From contig OY761159.2 in NCBI GenBank assembly GCA_963664395.2, positions 4,320,001 through 4,384,000 of the forward strand: a DNA stretch of 64,000 nucleotides, in the 5' to 3' direction. Source of the stretch: Candidatus Binatia bacterium. Its GTDB lineage: Bacteria > Desulfobacterota > Binatia > Bin18. A model generated the notes under the pieces. It ran no database searches. It saw nothing but the letters and a program-made list of their open reading frames with translations, and had not been told where the DNA came from. Below are positions 30,367 through 40,762 of the stretch, one piece after another; position 1 is the stretch's first letter, and each line of letters starts with the position of its first letter. The position numbers were made by a program, and so were the translations under genes.

Positions 30367-30444
30367 ATATGAGCTATACCGACCAAGGAATAATAAGGTA
30401 GTACGGATTACTGGGAAATATACGCACTAGAAGAGGATGCAGAC

Positions 30445-30726
30445 GTGATTACGGTTCAGGCAGAGTATACCGCTCGTTTTAAGGAAATTACACAGACCAC
30501 GAGTGAGACTATCCAGCTCGAACAGGCCAATATGGCTGAGTTGGCGCAGAAGCTGGCTGATAAATATGGGCCGCAAATGGAGGCACTGCTCATTGATCCC
30601 AATACGAAGGATCTGAATACGAACGGGACGCTGTTCATCGATTCAAGCGGACGACGCCTCTTTATTGAGGATACCTTGGCTGACGGAGAAACGGTCTCCT
30701 TCATGGTCGGTATTGCCGGGGGCTAG
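30445..30726 (+). CDS. MoaD/ThiS family sulfur carrier
   Basis: Ubiquitin-like size, C-terminal IAGG, downstream of aor. Confidence 0.85.
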   Translation: MITVQAEYTARFKEITQTTSETIQLEQANMAELAQKLADKYGPQMEALLIDPNTKDLNTNGTLFIDSSGRRLFIEDTLADGETVSFMVGIAGG

Positions 30727-30763
30727 ACGACTCCTGAGGATGAGTAGCCGTAGTTCAGGATGG

Positions 30764-30791
30764 GTAGGGGCGCAGCATGCCGCGCCCCTAC
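30764..30791. repeat. GTAG-family REP palindrome
   Basis: GTAGGGGCGCAGCATGCCGCGCCCCTAC. Confidence 0.7.
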
Positions 30792-30826
30792 GTTTTTGTG
30801 CGACCTGTCAAGAAAAATAAAAGAAT

Positions 30827-32242
30827 ATGCCCGAATCCATCCCTGAAATCGATTGCGACGTGGTGGTCATAGGCGGGGGTATTGCCGGTCTTTCAGCGGC
30901 TATTAGCGCGCTGAACGAAGGTGCTGAGGTCATCCTGCTCGAAAAGGCTCCCAAGCTGCAACGGGGCGGGAACTCCGCTATTGCCGATGCCCAAATCCGC
31001 TATCCTCACGAAGCGGATGAGTACTGTCCAACTCGACAGACCAAAGAGGATTTCTTTGACGCTTTTATGCGGGTGTCGCGTGGTCGGGCGAACAAAGAGT
31101 TGGTGCAGGTCGTGGTGGATAACGCGGCTGATGCAGTTGATTGGCTGACCGGGATGGGGATTGAGTGGGAAAAGGGCTATCCCAATGTCGCAGGCTATCG
31201 CCGTCAGCCCGTGGGCGGCGGCTGGCAACTGGTTGATACCCTCTATAAACATCTCGAGCGGGGTGGCGTGCATGTCGCGTATGAGACTGCGGCGGAAACA
31301 CTCCTCACCAGCCGGAGTGGCCGCGTGGTTGGCGTGCGTGCGCTCGAACCTGAGGGGTATACCGATATTAAAGCTCGTGGCGGTGTCGTTATTGCCTGCG
31401 GCGGTTTCGAAGCCAACCCGGAAATGCGGGTGCGGTATCTCGGTCGGCATATGGATGGGCTCATTCTACGCGGCAGCCGCTACAATACTGGCGATGGGCT
31501 GCGAATGGCCCTCGCAATTGGGGCTATGCCGGCCGGCCAATGGGGAGATTTCCACTCGGCCGTGCTTGATGCGCGTTCCACGCCCTTTGAGTGTGGGGTG
31601 ACGGCGATCTACATCTTTCAACTCGGTCTCTTTATTGACGAAGACGGTGAACGCTTTCTGGATGAAGGCGAAGACTTTCGCGATCAGACCTATGTGAAAT
31701 TCAGCAAGGCTATTATGGCGCATAAAAGCGGGGTGGCCTTTAATGTCTTTGACAACAAACCGCGGGCTGAAGACCCGGAAGCCTGGAAACGGGCGATTCG
31801 GACAGAAGAGGAGGCGTTTGAAGCACCGAGTATTCGGGAGTTGGCCGAACTCATCAACGTTCCAGGCGACCGCCTGGAACGAACAATTGAAGAATACAAC
31901 GCCGCCTGCCAAACCGGGACGTTTGATCCGCTCACCCTCGACGGCTTGGCTACGCACGGCCTGGTCGTCAACAAAACCAACTGGGCCCGCCCGCTCGACA
32001 CGCCGCCGTATCTTGCCTACCCGGTGACCGGGGGCATTACTTTCACCTTCGGCGGCCTCAAGTCCAACCCGAAAGCCCAAGTCATCCATTCTACGGGCCG
32101 CGTCATTCCTGGCCTGTACGTCGCTGGCGAGCCTATGGGCGAGTTGTATTACTATAACTACATGGGCGCGACGTCGGTGTTGCGAGGAGCTGTGTTTGGG
32201 CGCATTGCCGGCAGAGAAGCGGCTCGACAGGCTGCTGTATAG
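30827..32242 (+). CDS. FAD-dependent oxidoreductase, tricarballylate dehydrogenase TcuA-like
   Basis: GGGIAG, RGGNS, ACGGFEANPEMR, RGSRYNTGDG, GITFTFGGL, GAVFGRIAG. Confidence 0.85.
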   Translation: MPESIPEIDCDVVVIGGGIAGLSAAISALNEGAEVILLEKAPKLQRGGNSAIADAQIRYPHEADEYCPTRQTKEDFFDAFMRVSRGRANKELVQVVVDNAADAVDWLTGMGIEWEKGYPNVAGYRRQPVGGGWQLVDTLYKHLERGGVHVAYETAAETLLTSRSGRVVGVRALEPEGYTDIKARGGVVIACGGFEANPEMRVRYLGRHMDGLILRGSRYNTGDGLRMALAIGAMPAGQWGDFHSAVLDARSTPFECGVTAIYIFQLGLFIDEDGERFLDEGEDFRDQTYVKFSKAIMAHKSGVAFNVFDNKPRAEDPEAWKRAIRTEEEAFEAPSIRELAELINVPGDRLERTIEEYNAACQTGTFDPLTLDGLATHGLVVNKTNWARPLDTPPYLAYPVTGGITFTFGGLKSNPKAQVIHSTGRVIPGLYVAGEPMGELYYYNYMGATSVLRGAVFGRIAGREAARQAAV

Positions 32243-32256
32243 AGCCCCTGTACCGC

Positions 32257-32712
32257 TTACTGATAGTCTCTACCCGGGTTAAACCCGGCGGCGTCTTTGG
32301 CCAACACACCCTTACCTGGAACGTAATTCACCTCGACCCGGATGCCGTCCGGGTCTTCAAATAAGACCGAGTAGTATCCCGGTGCCCACGGGCCTTCTTG
32401 GGGCGGAGCAACGATTGTCGCGTTTAGCTCTTTCAGCAGGCCATAGACCTGATCCACATCTTCCATAGAACGTGCGCGAAAGCAGAAATGATGCAGCCCG
32501 GTACGCGTTTGGACGAAACGCTCGTCTTGATGCGCAGGATCGCATCGCTGTATGCCAACCCCCGTCCGTGCGCCAACATGGTAACACATGTCTTCGCCGT
32601 CAAAGACGAGCTGGAGGCCAAGAAACGGCAGCAGCTTCTTATAGAACGTCTGGCATTCTTCGAACCGACTGACAGTCAGAATAATATGCGCAATACCGTT
32701 CACTTCAATCAT
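32257..32712 (-). CDS. VOC/glyoxalase family protein
   Basis: GIAHIIL, GLHHFCFRA, YYSVLFEDPDGIRVE. Confidence 0.9.
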   Translation of the reverse strand: MIEVNGIAHIILTVSRFEECQTFYKKLLPFLGLQLVFDGEDMCYHVGARTGVGIQRCDPAHQDERFVQTRTGLHHFCFRARSMEDVDQVYGLLKELNATIVAPPQEGPWAPGYYSVLFEDPDGIRVEVNYVPGKGVLAKDAAGFNPGRDYQ

Positions 32713-32721
32713 GCTGACTTC

Positions 32722-32994
32722 CTATCGGTCTTCACCCGGGACAGGGGCCAAGTGGGCTTCGGAGGCACGGATATGTTCTCCATGTGTTAAGGATTGTTGC
32801 TTTTCACGACTGAGATAATAAAAACGCTGCGGACCGCCAGGACCTGTTTCGAGGAGTTGAGATATCACGGTATAGCGTGGAACAACAGGCTGCCGCGTTG
32901 GCTCCAAGCAGCCCTTATGGGTGACGTATTGTCCGATGTGGTATTTGAATCCGAGATTATGTTTCGGCACCGGCTTCCTCCCATCTGGCCACAC
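32722..32994 (-). CDS. Small hypothetical protein
   Basis: 90-aa ORF co-oriented with neighbours; FKYHIGQYV beta-barrel-like start. Confidence 0.5.
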   Translation of the reverse strand: MWPDGRKPVPKHNLGFKYHIGQYVTHKGCLEPTRQPVVPRYTVISQLLETGPGGPQRFYYLSREKQQSLTHGEHIRASEAHLAPVPGEDR

Positions 32995-33040
32995 TCTCTA
33001 GTGTAACCGGGTACGGAAGCAAGTACCGAACGCTTAGCGG

Positions 33041-33253
33041 TTACGCGGGGTGGGGCTGTGTGTCTCCTGCGAGACGTAAGTCCTCTAATTGACGAAGGGC
33101 GCGCTGGAACTGTTGCGTGGTGACCTGAAAGCGTTGGAACAATCGACGTGCATCGATCAGGTCATGTGGCTGGCGCAGTAGATGTTGGGCCAACCGTTCA
33201 GCAGGGTCCTCCTGCGTGCCCGAAGATGATAGAGGCTGGTCAGGGTCTGACAT
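33041..33253 (-). CDS. Small hypothetical protein
   Basis: 70 aa, RBS AAGGAG upstream. Confidence 0.5.
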   Translation of the reverse strand: MSDPDQPLSSSGTQEDPAERLAQHLLRQPHDLIDARRLFQRFQVTTQQFQRALRQLEDLRLAGDTQPHPA

Positions 33254-33427
33254 GCATTACTCCTTCTCTTTTTATTCCTTAATATCACCATGTACCTATT
33301 TCTACACAATCGGCAATCCCCCTATAAAATATCAGACCTCTCTATTCGATATACAATCGGAAAAGTCCCTGTTTTTCAAATCCTTAGAGGTTTTTCCGGA
33401 GGAACTACGGAAGAGGAATCGGTCTTC

Positions 33428-34564
33428 TTATTTCCCTGTATATTTCGACTTGAATACCTCGTCCGTATGCTCTCCCAGCTTCGGAGCGCGGGACCGAAAA
33501 TCAGGCCGTTGCCCATCAATCGAAAAGGGTAAACTCATGACCTCAAGAGCAGAGCCGGGCACCTGACGAATAATATCCATAGCCTTGGTTTGCGGCTGAG
33601 CAAGCACTTCAGGAATAGTCAGAATCGGGGCACACGGAACGCCTATGGCTTCCAGTCGCTCCAGCCATGTTTCCTTTGGCTCTTGCGCCATATGAGCGGC
33701 AATTTCTTGCATAAGATACTCTCGATGCTCCATGCGACCGGCATTCGTTTGATAGCGGGGATCGGTTGCCCACTCGTCGCGTCCGAGGGCTTTGGCGAGT
33801 TTCAGGAACAGACGACTATTGGCGACCCCCAGGACTAATGGACCGTTCTGCGTTTCGAACGCGCCAAAGGCGACCTGGCGTGGGCTGCCAGTTGCATGGC
33901 GAGAGGGAGCTTTTCCGGTCTTTTTATATTGGATCAGGGCTGTACTGACATAGAAGACCGCCGTCTCAAACAGTGAGGCTGTAATAACGCAGCCGCGGCC
34001 GGTTGCGTCCCGCTTGCGCAGAGCTGCCAGCGTGGCAATAGCTGTCCACATACCAGTCCCATAATCAACGACCGAGGTGCCCATACGTACTGGAGGGCCG
34101 TCTTCTTGTCCCGTCATGCTCATAAGCCCGCCAAACGCCTGGAGGAGAATTTCATAACCGGGCTTGTCTTTAAGCGGCCCGGTGTGCCCAAAGGCGGTCA
34201 CCGCACAGTAGATGAGTTTGGGGTTTCGAGAGAGGAGTCGGTCTGCTCCCAGTCCGACTTGCTCAGCAACCCCGGGACGTAAATTATGGAGAAAAATGTC
34301 GCTCTGTTCGATCAGTTGATACAGGCGTTGCATCTCCTCCGCGTCTTTGAAGTTGACCACGACGGACCGCTTGTTACGGTTCATATTATGAAAGGGCAGG
34401 GCCGTATCATCGACAAATGGCGGTCCCCAGGCCCGTGCATCATCTCCGGTCTCAGGCCGCTCGACCTTGATCACGTCAGCGCCCAGGTCGGCCAGAATGG
34501 CGCCGGCTAAGGGGCCGGCCAGGTTCAAGCCAACCTCAACAACTTTTACTCCCGAGAGCGGCAT
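33428..34564 (-). CDS. CaiB/BaiF family III CoA-transferase
   Basis: PLSGVKV, LAGP, LGADVIKVE, NRNKRS, GLMSMTG, APKLGEHT. Confidence 0.93.
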   Translation of the reverse strand: MPLSGVKVVEVGLNLAGPLAGAILADLGADVIKVERPETGDDARAWGPPFVDDTALPFHNMNRNKRSVVVNFKDAEEMQRLYQLIEQSDIFLHNLRPGVAEQVGLGADRLLSRNPKLIYCAVTAFGHTGPLKDKPGYEILLQAFGGLMSMTGQEDGPPVRMGTSVVDYGTGMWTAIATLAALRKRDATGRGCVITASLFETAVFYVSTALIQYKKTGKAPSRHATGSPRQVAFGAFETQNGPLVLGVANSRLFLKLAKALGRDEWATDPRYQTNAGRMEHREYLMQEIAAHMAQEPKETWLERLEAIGVPCAPILTIPEVLAQPQTKAMDIIRQVPGSALEVMSLPFSIDGQRPDFRSRAPKLGEHTDEVFKSKYTGK

Positions 34565-34704
34565 AATATTCTCCGTTTCGTTGCGCACGCAGAGAGCGAG
34601 GTGTGGCCGTTGTATGAGTTGTTCTGTACGAGGTCAAGGAAGCCGCTGGTGCTTGGTTCGGCGAAATAATGACGATCACTCATCGGACTCGCCAGTGTGG
34701 CGGA

Positions 34705-34992
34705 CTAAAGAAGGAGGCTCAACACAACGCAAACGCCAATAAAAAGCAGGCCGGCTATGATGAACAGACCACAGCCCAGGCTCCTGTGTGCTTCCTCCTG
34801 GGTAAATGACTGGTCCTGTTCCCCTTGTTGGTACTGTTGATCTTGCTGATCTTGGAGCTGCGCCAGGCTTGGGCGGGTTGGTTTTCCAGAGCGCAAATCA
34901 TAGCCGCAGAAGCGACACACTACTGCCCGTCTCTTAATGGCTTCGGCACAGTACGGACATGACTTGATGCTGAAGGAGAGAATTCTTCTCAT
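34705..34992 (-). CDS. Zinc-ribbon protein with C-terminal TM helix
   Basis: CPYCAEAI...A.VCRFCG; hydrophobic C-terminus. Confidence 0.7.
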   Translation of the reverse strand: MRRILSFSIKSCPYCAEAIKRRAVVCRFCGYDLRSGKPTRPSLAQLQDQQDQQYQQGEQDQSFTQEEAHRSLGCGLFIIAGLLFIGVCVVLSLLL

Positions 34993-35032
34993 TCTTCTGC
35001 ATTCCCCTGTCTGTCGAATGCCGGGTTGCTAG

Positions 35033-35827
35033 TTAGCAACCCCGAAAATTTGGCTTACGCTTGGCCAGAAACGCAGCCACGCCTTCACGAAAATCCTCGC
35101 TCATATAGGCGCGGACAACCAAGTCTTCTCCCAAAATATCTTCGCCAATCGCGCGACGATGCTGTTGTAAGCGACGAATGGCCTCTTTGGTAACCTGGAG
35201 GGTAAGGGGGGCGTTCTGAGATATTTCTTCGGCTATCTGACGGACCTGTTGAGGAAGCTGATCAGCTTCAAAAATCTCATTCACCAAACCAAATTGCAGG
35301 GCCTCATTCGCCCCTACAAGTCTGGCACGAAACATCAGCTCTTTCGTCCTCGCCGGACCTATGGCGTCAACAATACGGGAATGGATAGCTACGGTCAGAC
35401 AGTTTCCCAAGGTCCGGGCAATGGGAAAACCAATCCGACTATCGGGTGTGCAATAGCGCAGGTCACTCACCAAAGCCAAAGCTGCACCGGCCCCGACGGC
35501 AAAGCCTTGAATCGCGGCAATAACCGGCTTTTTCACCGCTTCCAGGCGACTGATAAGCCGCTCGAGTTTGCGCTCGTATTCGATCGCGTCTTTGTTTTCC
35601 TTGAACGAGGTAAACTGGCTAATGTCCGTACCCGAGACAAAGGCTTTGTCTCCGGCGCCCTGAAGGATGAGCACTTTGATGGCATCGTCCTGGTCAACGA
35701 TGTCGCAGGCTTTTTCCAAGGCGGCGTACATGCCCCAGGTGAGGGCGTTGCGAGCCTCAGGTCGGTTAAAGGTCACTGTTGCAATCGATCCATCAGATCC
35801 ATTGTGATTGAAAAGGAGTTCGCTCAT
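35033..35827 (-). CDS. Enoyl-CoA hydratase/isomerase
   Basis: FNRPEARNAL, AFVSGTDI, AVGAG, DFREGV.AFL.KRKP. Confidence 0.92.
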   Translation of the reverse strand: MSELLFNHNGSDGSIATVTFNRPEARNALTWGMYAALEKACDIVDQDDAIKVLILQGAGDKAFVSGTDISQFTSFKENKDAIEYERKLERLISRLEAVKKPVIAAIQGFAVGAGAALALVSDLRYCTPDSRIGFPIARTLGNCLTVAIHSRIVDAIGPARTKELMFRARLVGANEALQFGLVNEIFEADQLPQQVRQIAEEISQNAPLTLQVTKEAIRRLQQHRRAIGEDILGEDLVVRAYMSEDFREGVAAFLAKRKPNFRGC

Positions 35828-35885
35828 ACTGGCGGTCCGTCTCTTCCTCGGTTGCCTCTCTTGGGAGAAGAGAGGATTATCTGTG

Positions 35886-37505
35886 TCATGAAGGTGACTG
35901 AAGTGCCAATTGTTCGCCTTCACTCTTGGCGATAACCGTTGTGACCGCCAGGTCTCCTGTGACATTCACAGCCGTCCGGAACATATCGAGAATCCGGTCC
36001 ACGCCGAGGATTAACGCCAGACCCACAGTCGGAATTCCGGTCGAAGTCAAGACGAGTGCTAATGTAATAATCCCAGCCCCAGGAACTCCAGCAGCACCAA
36101 CTGAGGCCATGGTCGCGGCAAGAACAATGCTAAGTTGACTGCCGAAGGAAAGGTCGGTTTGAAAAACCTGCGCAATAAAAATTGCCGCGACACCTTGATA
36201 GAGGGCCGTGCCGTCCATATTCACGGTAGAGCCCAGGGGGAGGACAAAGCTCGCTACCGGATTACTCACACCGATATTCTTCTCCGCGCACTCTATGGAA
36301 ACGGGCAGGGTTGCTGACGAAGAAGAGGTTGAAAAAGCGATGAGTTGAGCCGGACGTACGGCACGCATAAACGAACCCCACGGCAGGCGACCTATGAGGC
36401 AAACCAAGCCGCCATACACAATGCCGGCATGAATGGCCAAGCCAAGTACGACCGTGCAGCCATACATGAGCAGGGCAGTCAGCACGCTAATACCACTCGT
36501 CCCCAGCACTTCTGCGATAAGGGCGGCAACGCCGTACGGTGCCAACTCCATCACCCAGCCTATGATGACGATCATGGCGTCCTGAAGCTTCTCAAAGAGC
36601 GTGACAACAATGCGGCCCTCCTCAGGGCCCAGAGCCGTGAGCGCGACACCCAAGACAATCGCGAAGAAAATAATTTGCAGCATATTCCCGCTGGTGAGCG
36701 AGTCGATTGGATTCGGCGGGATAATGTCGAGGAGGGTAGCGACCATAGAGGGTGCCACTGCTGCCGCGGACATCCGATCGCCAGCCGCAGCTCCGAACTG
36801 GGCAAGTAGTACGGTGCGGTCGGCCGGGTCAATAAATTGCCCCGGTTGTATGACATATGCGCAGGCAAGCCCTATGGAGACCGCAACCGCCGTTGTTCCA
36901 AGGTAGAGGCCAAACGTTCGGCTACCCAGGCGTCCAAGTTTGCGAATATCCCCAAGGCTCGCAACTCCGACGAGAAGTGAGGCGAAAACCAGGGGTACGA
37001 CGACCATTTTGATCAGCCGCATGAATACCTGACCTATGGGACGCAAGACGGTGATAACCTGCTCACCGAGCCAGCTGGTAGGCCGTGGGGAAAAAGTAAA
37101 GCCGCCGCCCTCCAACGGCGTCCTGGAAATCTGCAACCAGCCTTCCACCCGGCCTCCCGGCGTGATTGCGCCAAGTTGCTGACGGAGGTGGCCGGACTGG
37201 TCTGCGAGCGAGAGTCTTCGACTAAAAGGAAACTGGACTTTAGCCCAAACCGGGACTTCTCTTTCCTCTCCAAGAAGATCCTGATGGTGCTCGAGTCTGG
37301 TTTCGAGCACCATCATCTGGACTGGAACGCCAGCCGGAACCTGAACACGAGAGGCCGCATCGGATGGGTTGTGCTGAAAGACGATCTGCGAGGCATCGCG
37401 AATGTCATAGACATCGTGCGTCAGGAAGAGGGAATTCGGGCCGAGAAAGAGACCCAACACCGTACCAACCGCCATCCCGATGAGAATCTTGGTATAGACC
37501 TGCAT
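35886..37505 (-). CDS. Dicarboxylate/amino acid:cation symporter (DAACS) with N-terminal insertion
   Basis: FSTSSSSATLP, PLGSTVNMDGTALY, GAAGVPGAG, DRILDMFRTAVNVTGD. Confidence 0.92.
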   Translation of the reverse strand: MQVYTKILIGMAVGTVLGLFLGPNSLFLTHDVYDIRDASQIVFQHNPSDAASRVQVPAGVPVQMMVLETRLEHHQDLLGEEREVPVWAKVQFPFSRRLSLADQSGHLRQQLGAITPGGRVEGWLQISRTPLEGGGFTFSPRPTSWLGEQVITVLRPIGQVFMRLIKMVVVPLVFASLLVGVASLGDIRKLGRLGSRTFGLYLGTTAVAVSIGLACAYVIQPGQFIDPADRTVLLAQFGAAAGDRMSAAAVAPSMVATLLDIIPPNPIDSLTSGNMLQIIFFAIVLGVALTALGPEEGRIVVTLFEKLQDAMIVIIGWVMELAPYGVAALIAEVLGTSGISVLTALLMYGCTVVLGLAIHAGIVYGGLVCLIGRLPWGSFMRAVRPAQLIAFSTSSSSATLPVSIECAEKNIGVSNPVASFVLPLGSTVNMDGTALYQGVAAIFIAQVFQTDLSFGSQLSIVLAATMASVGAAGVPGAGIITLALVLTSTGIPTVGLALILGVDRILDMFRTAVNVTGDLAVTTVIAKSEGEQLALQSPS

Positions 37506-37527
37506 ACGTTCTTCGATAGCTGTTCGG

Positions 37528-38436
37528 CTACGACTCGTTCGCGTCGTCCCAGGTGCCGCGTACGGTTGTCTCAGTCTGTTGTTCCAAGGCTTTGATAGTC
37601 GCCAACACGTCTTCCTGAGCAAACCCGCCCGACTGATACTCTTTGAGTAGCCCTTGTGCGGCTGAGGCCATCGTCAGGGGCACATCCAATTCCGTGCCAA
37701 GAGCAGTGGCGAGACCCATATCTTTACAGGCGAGATCAATCGTAAACGTTGGGGCGAGCCGATCGCGTAAAATGGCTCTGGTACCCGACTCCCAGATAAA
37801 ACTATTCCCGCTGCTGGCTTTCACGATTTTCCACAGCGCATTCGGATCGACGCCAGCCTTGGCTCCGAGGATGAGGGCTTCGGCAGCACCCATCATATGA
37901 ATAAAGGCCAACATATTGTTCGCCAGCTTGGCCACGTTGCCCGCGCCAATATCCCCAACATGAAATACATTGCTGCCCATACATTGCAGTGCGGGCTCAC
38001 ACGACTCGTACACAGCCTTTTCCCCTCCAACCATGATAGCCAGCGTCCCTTTGCGTGCGCCGCGCACCCCACCGCTGACCGGCGCATCAAGAAAATTCAC
38101 GCCCTGCGCATTGGCCTTTTCTGCCAGGCGTTTGACTACGGTGGGCGCATTCGTACTCATGTCAACAATGGTTTTTCCTGTGGCAATACCCGCCAAAGCG
38201 CCGTTGTCAGCCAGCACCACTTCTTCGACATGCGCCGGCATGGGTAAAGACAGAAAGACTGCTTCAACCCCTGTGGCCGCGGCTTTGGGACTCTCCACCC
38301 AGGTCGCACCATCTTCAATAAGGTTCTCCGCGGCTTCGCGTTTGACGTCATACACTTGAAGGGCATGGCCGGCCTTCAGAAGATTGAGCGCCATCGGGTT
38401 GCCCATATTTCCAACACCAACAAATCCCAGTTTCAT
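37528..38436 (-). CDS. 3-hydroxyisobutyrate dehydrogenase family protein
   Basis: GFVGVGNMG, FLDAPVSGG, AKLANN. Confidence 0.9.
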   Translation of the reverse strand: MKLGFVGVGNMGNPMALNLLKAGHALQVYDVKREAAENLIEDGATWVESPKAAATGVEAVFLSLPMPAHVEEVVLADNGALAGIATGKTIVDMSTNAPTVVKRLAEKANAQGVNFLDAPVSGGVRGARKGTLAIMVGGEKAVYESCEPALQCMGSNVFHVGDIGAGNVAKLANNMLAFIHMMGAAEALILGAKAGVDPNALWKIVKASSGNSFIWESGTRAILRDRLAPTFTIDLACKDMGLATALGTELDVPLTMASAAQGLLKEYQSGGFAQEDVLATIKALEQQTETTVRGTWDDANES

Positions 38437-39005
38437 TGTGTCCTCCTCTTATCGTGCGAAACAGATGCTGTGAGGTCTATATGAATATGTAAATCATCTG
38501 CAATACGGTCGAGCTGGTCTCTCAGGGTCGTTTCGGTAACGTTGCTCGGAACGGCGATAGTGATCCGCATATGATAGATCACGGTGCCGCTGCCCGGCTC
38601 TGGCTGGGCTGCGGTCTGCATTTGCACAATACTCACCCCCTGCTCGGCTAAGCAGCGTGCCACACGGGCAACAATGCCGGCTTTATCCACACCCGTCGCG
38701 ACAAGTTCATAGCCGCGTGTCTCGTGGTTGGCACCGTAGGACAGCGGCTCTTCTTCAAGCCGGCGAAAAAAGACGGTCAGCCGCTTTTCCCATTCGAGCC
38801 GCTTGCAGGCCGCTGACAGACGGTACTGGCAGTCCGGACTCTGGCCCGAGAGGAGCAGGAGCACGGCAAATTCGCCCCCAAGAATGGTCATGCTGGAATC
38901 TTCGAGGTTGCAATCACACTCGAAAATAAGTTCCGCCAAGTCGGCGACAATGCCGGGTCGATCTCGACCGATGGCAGATAATGCGAACCACTGTTTCACT
39001 GGCAA
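38433..39005 (-). CDS. GcvR-like double ACT domain protein
   Basis: G.DRPGIVA, NLEDSSMT.LGGEFA, GVDKAGIVA. Confidence 0.85.
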   Translation of the reverse strand: MPVKQWFALSAIGRDRPGIVADLAELIFECDCNLEDSSMTILGGEFAVLLLLSGQSPDCQYRLSAACKRLEWEKRLTVFFRRLEEEPLSYGANHETRGYELVATGVDKAGIVARVARCLAEQGVSIVQMQTAAQPEPGSGTVIYHMRITIAVPSNVTETTLRDQLDRIADDLHIHIDLTASVSHDKRRTQ

Positions 39006-39032
39006 TTCCTTGGCGTCCGGGCGCGGTAAGGA

Positions 39033-39821
39033 TCAGGCGCGTTGCGCTTGTACGGCTTCAACCAACTGACTGAGGATGGAAGCTGATGAGCCGCGCAGGC
39101 TCAGCGTGCATAAGGGGGTTAATTCGCTTTCGTATAAATTCACCTCGATCAGCGTGCCGCCTTTCTGGCTGACCGCAATGGGGAAGGCGGCGGCCGGATA
39201 CACGGTGGCCGAGGTACCGGCGACGATCATACAGTCGCACAATTGCGTTTCGCTATAACATCGCTCAAGCGCATCCTGCGGAATGGGTTCGCCAAACGAG
39301 ACGGTATCGCTTTTGAGAATACCCGAACAGTTGGGACATTCCGGCGGGAGCTTGTGCAGGGGCACCTCGGCGCCCGGAAAGCGGGAGTTGCAGGCAATGC
39401 AGCGCACTAGGCTATAGTTGCCGTGGATTTCAATGAGGTTCCGGCTGCCGGCTCGGCGGTGCAGGTTGTCGACGTTTTGCGTAATCATGCTGCGCAAGAT
39501 GCCCATATTTTCCAGGTCAACGAATGCGCTGTGGCCCTCATTCGGCTCTGCCGTGCCCAGGGTCTGCCATATCTCCTTGCTCGGTCCTGAGGGCGACAGG
39601 CGCTCTTCCCAGGCCTTCTTCGGGTCCTGCAGAAACAACTCGTAGCCGTTCATGGGCGGCTCTCCGTACTTTGTCCACAACCCGCCCGGCCCACGAAACG
39701 GCGGAATCCCGCTTTCAACAGAGATGCCGGCGCCTGTCAGAGCCATGACATAGCTGGCCGACAGGAGGCGTTGCACGGCTTCCTGAATTATTTCGGGTTG
39801 GTTTGTTTCCGCCATATGCAC
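39033..39821 (-). CDS. cobB: NAD-dependent deacylase (sirtuin)
   Basis: TGAGISVESGIPPFRG, ITQNVDNLH, HG...C..C...C..C, GTSATVYPAA. Confidence 0.9.
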   Translation of the reverse strand: MHMAETNQPEIIQEAVQRLLSASYVMALTGAGISVESGIPPFRGPGGLWTKYGEPPMNGYELFLQDPKKAWEERLSPSGPSKEIWQTLGTAEPNEGHSAFVDLENMGILRSMITQNVDNLHRRAGSRNLIEIHGNYSLVRCIACNSRFPGAEVPLHKLPPECPNCSGILKSDTVSFGEPIPQDALERCYSETQLCDCMIVAGTSATVYPAAAFPIAVSQKGGTLIEVNLYESELTPLCTLSLRGSSASILSQLVEAVQAQRA

Positions 39822-39857
39822 TCTCTTTTTGTTCAGCGCTGCGTGCCTCGTCGCCGC

Positions 39858-40616
39858 TCACTTGCCCTGCCAATTCGGCGTCCGTTTTTCAGCAAAGGCG
39901 AGGGCGCCTTCACGCGCATCTTCGGTCTCTTGCAGTTCACTATACAGCCTGCGTTCCAATTTGAGTCCTTCCTCAAGCGGCGCATCCAGACCGCGTAAGG
40001 AGGCTTGCTTGATATGCTGCACGGCCAGCGGCGCGCTTTTACAGATCTCTTCCGCGATCTCTTCACACTTGGGCATAAGCTGACGCATGGGGACGAGGTG
40101 GTCAACCAGACCGAGACGGTAGGCTTCTTCGGCGGAAATGCGAGCGCCGGTATACAGCAGTTCCAAGGCCCGCCCCAGAGGAATGATGCGGGGCAAGCGT
40201 TGCGTCCCGCCTGCGCCCGGCAGCCAGCCCAGGCGGACTTCACCAAACCCGAATTGAGCATGCTCCGCAGCCACGCGGATATCACACGCCAGGGCCTGCT
40301 CCAGACCACCGCCATTCGCGTGGCCGTTGATGGCCGCAATGATGGGTTTATACAGATCGAATAGAACCGGGAAGAGGTTGGTATTTTCGTTTTTTGGACG
40401 ATTGACGTAATTGGCTTTCACGTCACTCCCGGCACTAAACGCCCGCTCACCCGTTCCGGTCAGAATACCGACCCGTAAGTTCGGATCATCCCGAAATTCG
40501 GTCCAGATGTCCGCCAGCATATTATAGGTTTCAAAGTCGCAGGCGTTGAGGCGTTCCGGACGGTTAATCGTCACGTAGGCGATCTGGCCCTTTTTCTCAA
40601 AAAGCACTTTCGACAT
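39858..40616 (-). CDS. Enoyl-CoA hydratase/isomerase
   Basis: NRPERLNA, AFSAGSD, GGGLE.ALACD, PGAGGTQRLPR. Confidence 0.92.
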   Translation of the reverse strand: MSKVLFEKKGQIAYVTINRPERLNACDFETYNMLADIWTEFRDDPNLRVGILTGTGERAFSAGSDVKANYVNRPKNENTNLFPVLFDLYKPIIAAINGHANGGGLEQALACDIRVAAEHAQFGFGEVRLGWLPGAGGTQRLPRIIPLGRALELLYTGARISAEEAYRLGLVDHLVPMRQLMPKCEEIAEEICKSAPLAVQHIKQASLRGLDAPLEEGLKLERRLYSELQETEDAREGALAFAEKRTPNWQGK

Positions 40617-40692
40617 ATAGCCCTCCTCAACCGTCAGCTATCAGGTGAAAGGTGAGGGAGGCAAGGGGAATAGGGGGGTGGAGACTGGGGAG

Positions 40693-40721
40693 CGGCCTTA
40701 CCATGTGGTAAGCCGGCCTAC
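40693..40721 (-). repeat. GTAG-family REP-like palindrome
   Basis: Minus strand GTAGGCCGGCTTACCACATGGTAAGGCCG. Confidence 0.5.
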
Positions 40722-40762
40722 ATTGAGAGCATCCCAGATGATGGCGCAGGTATCTAAAACAA

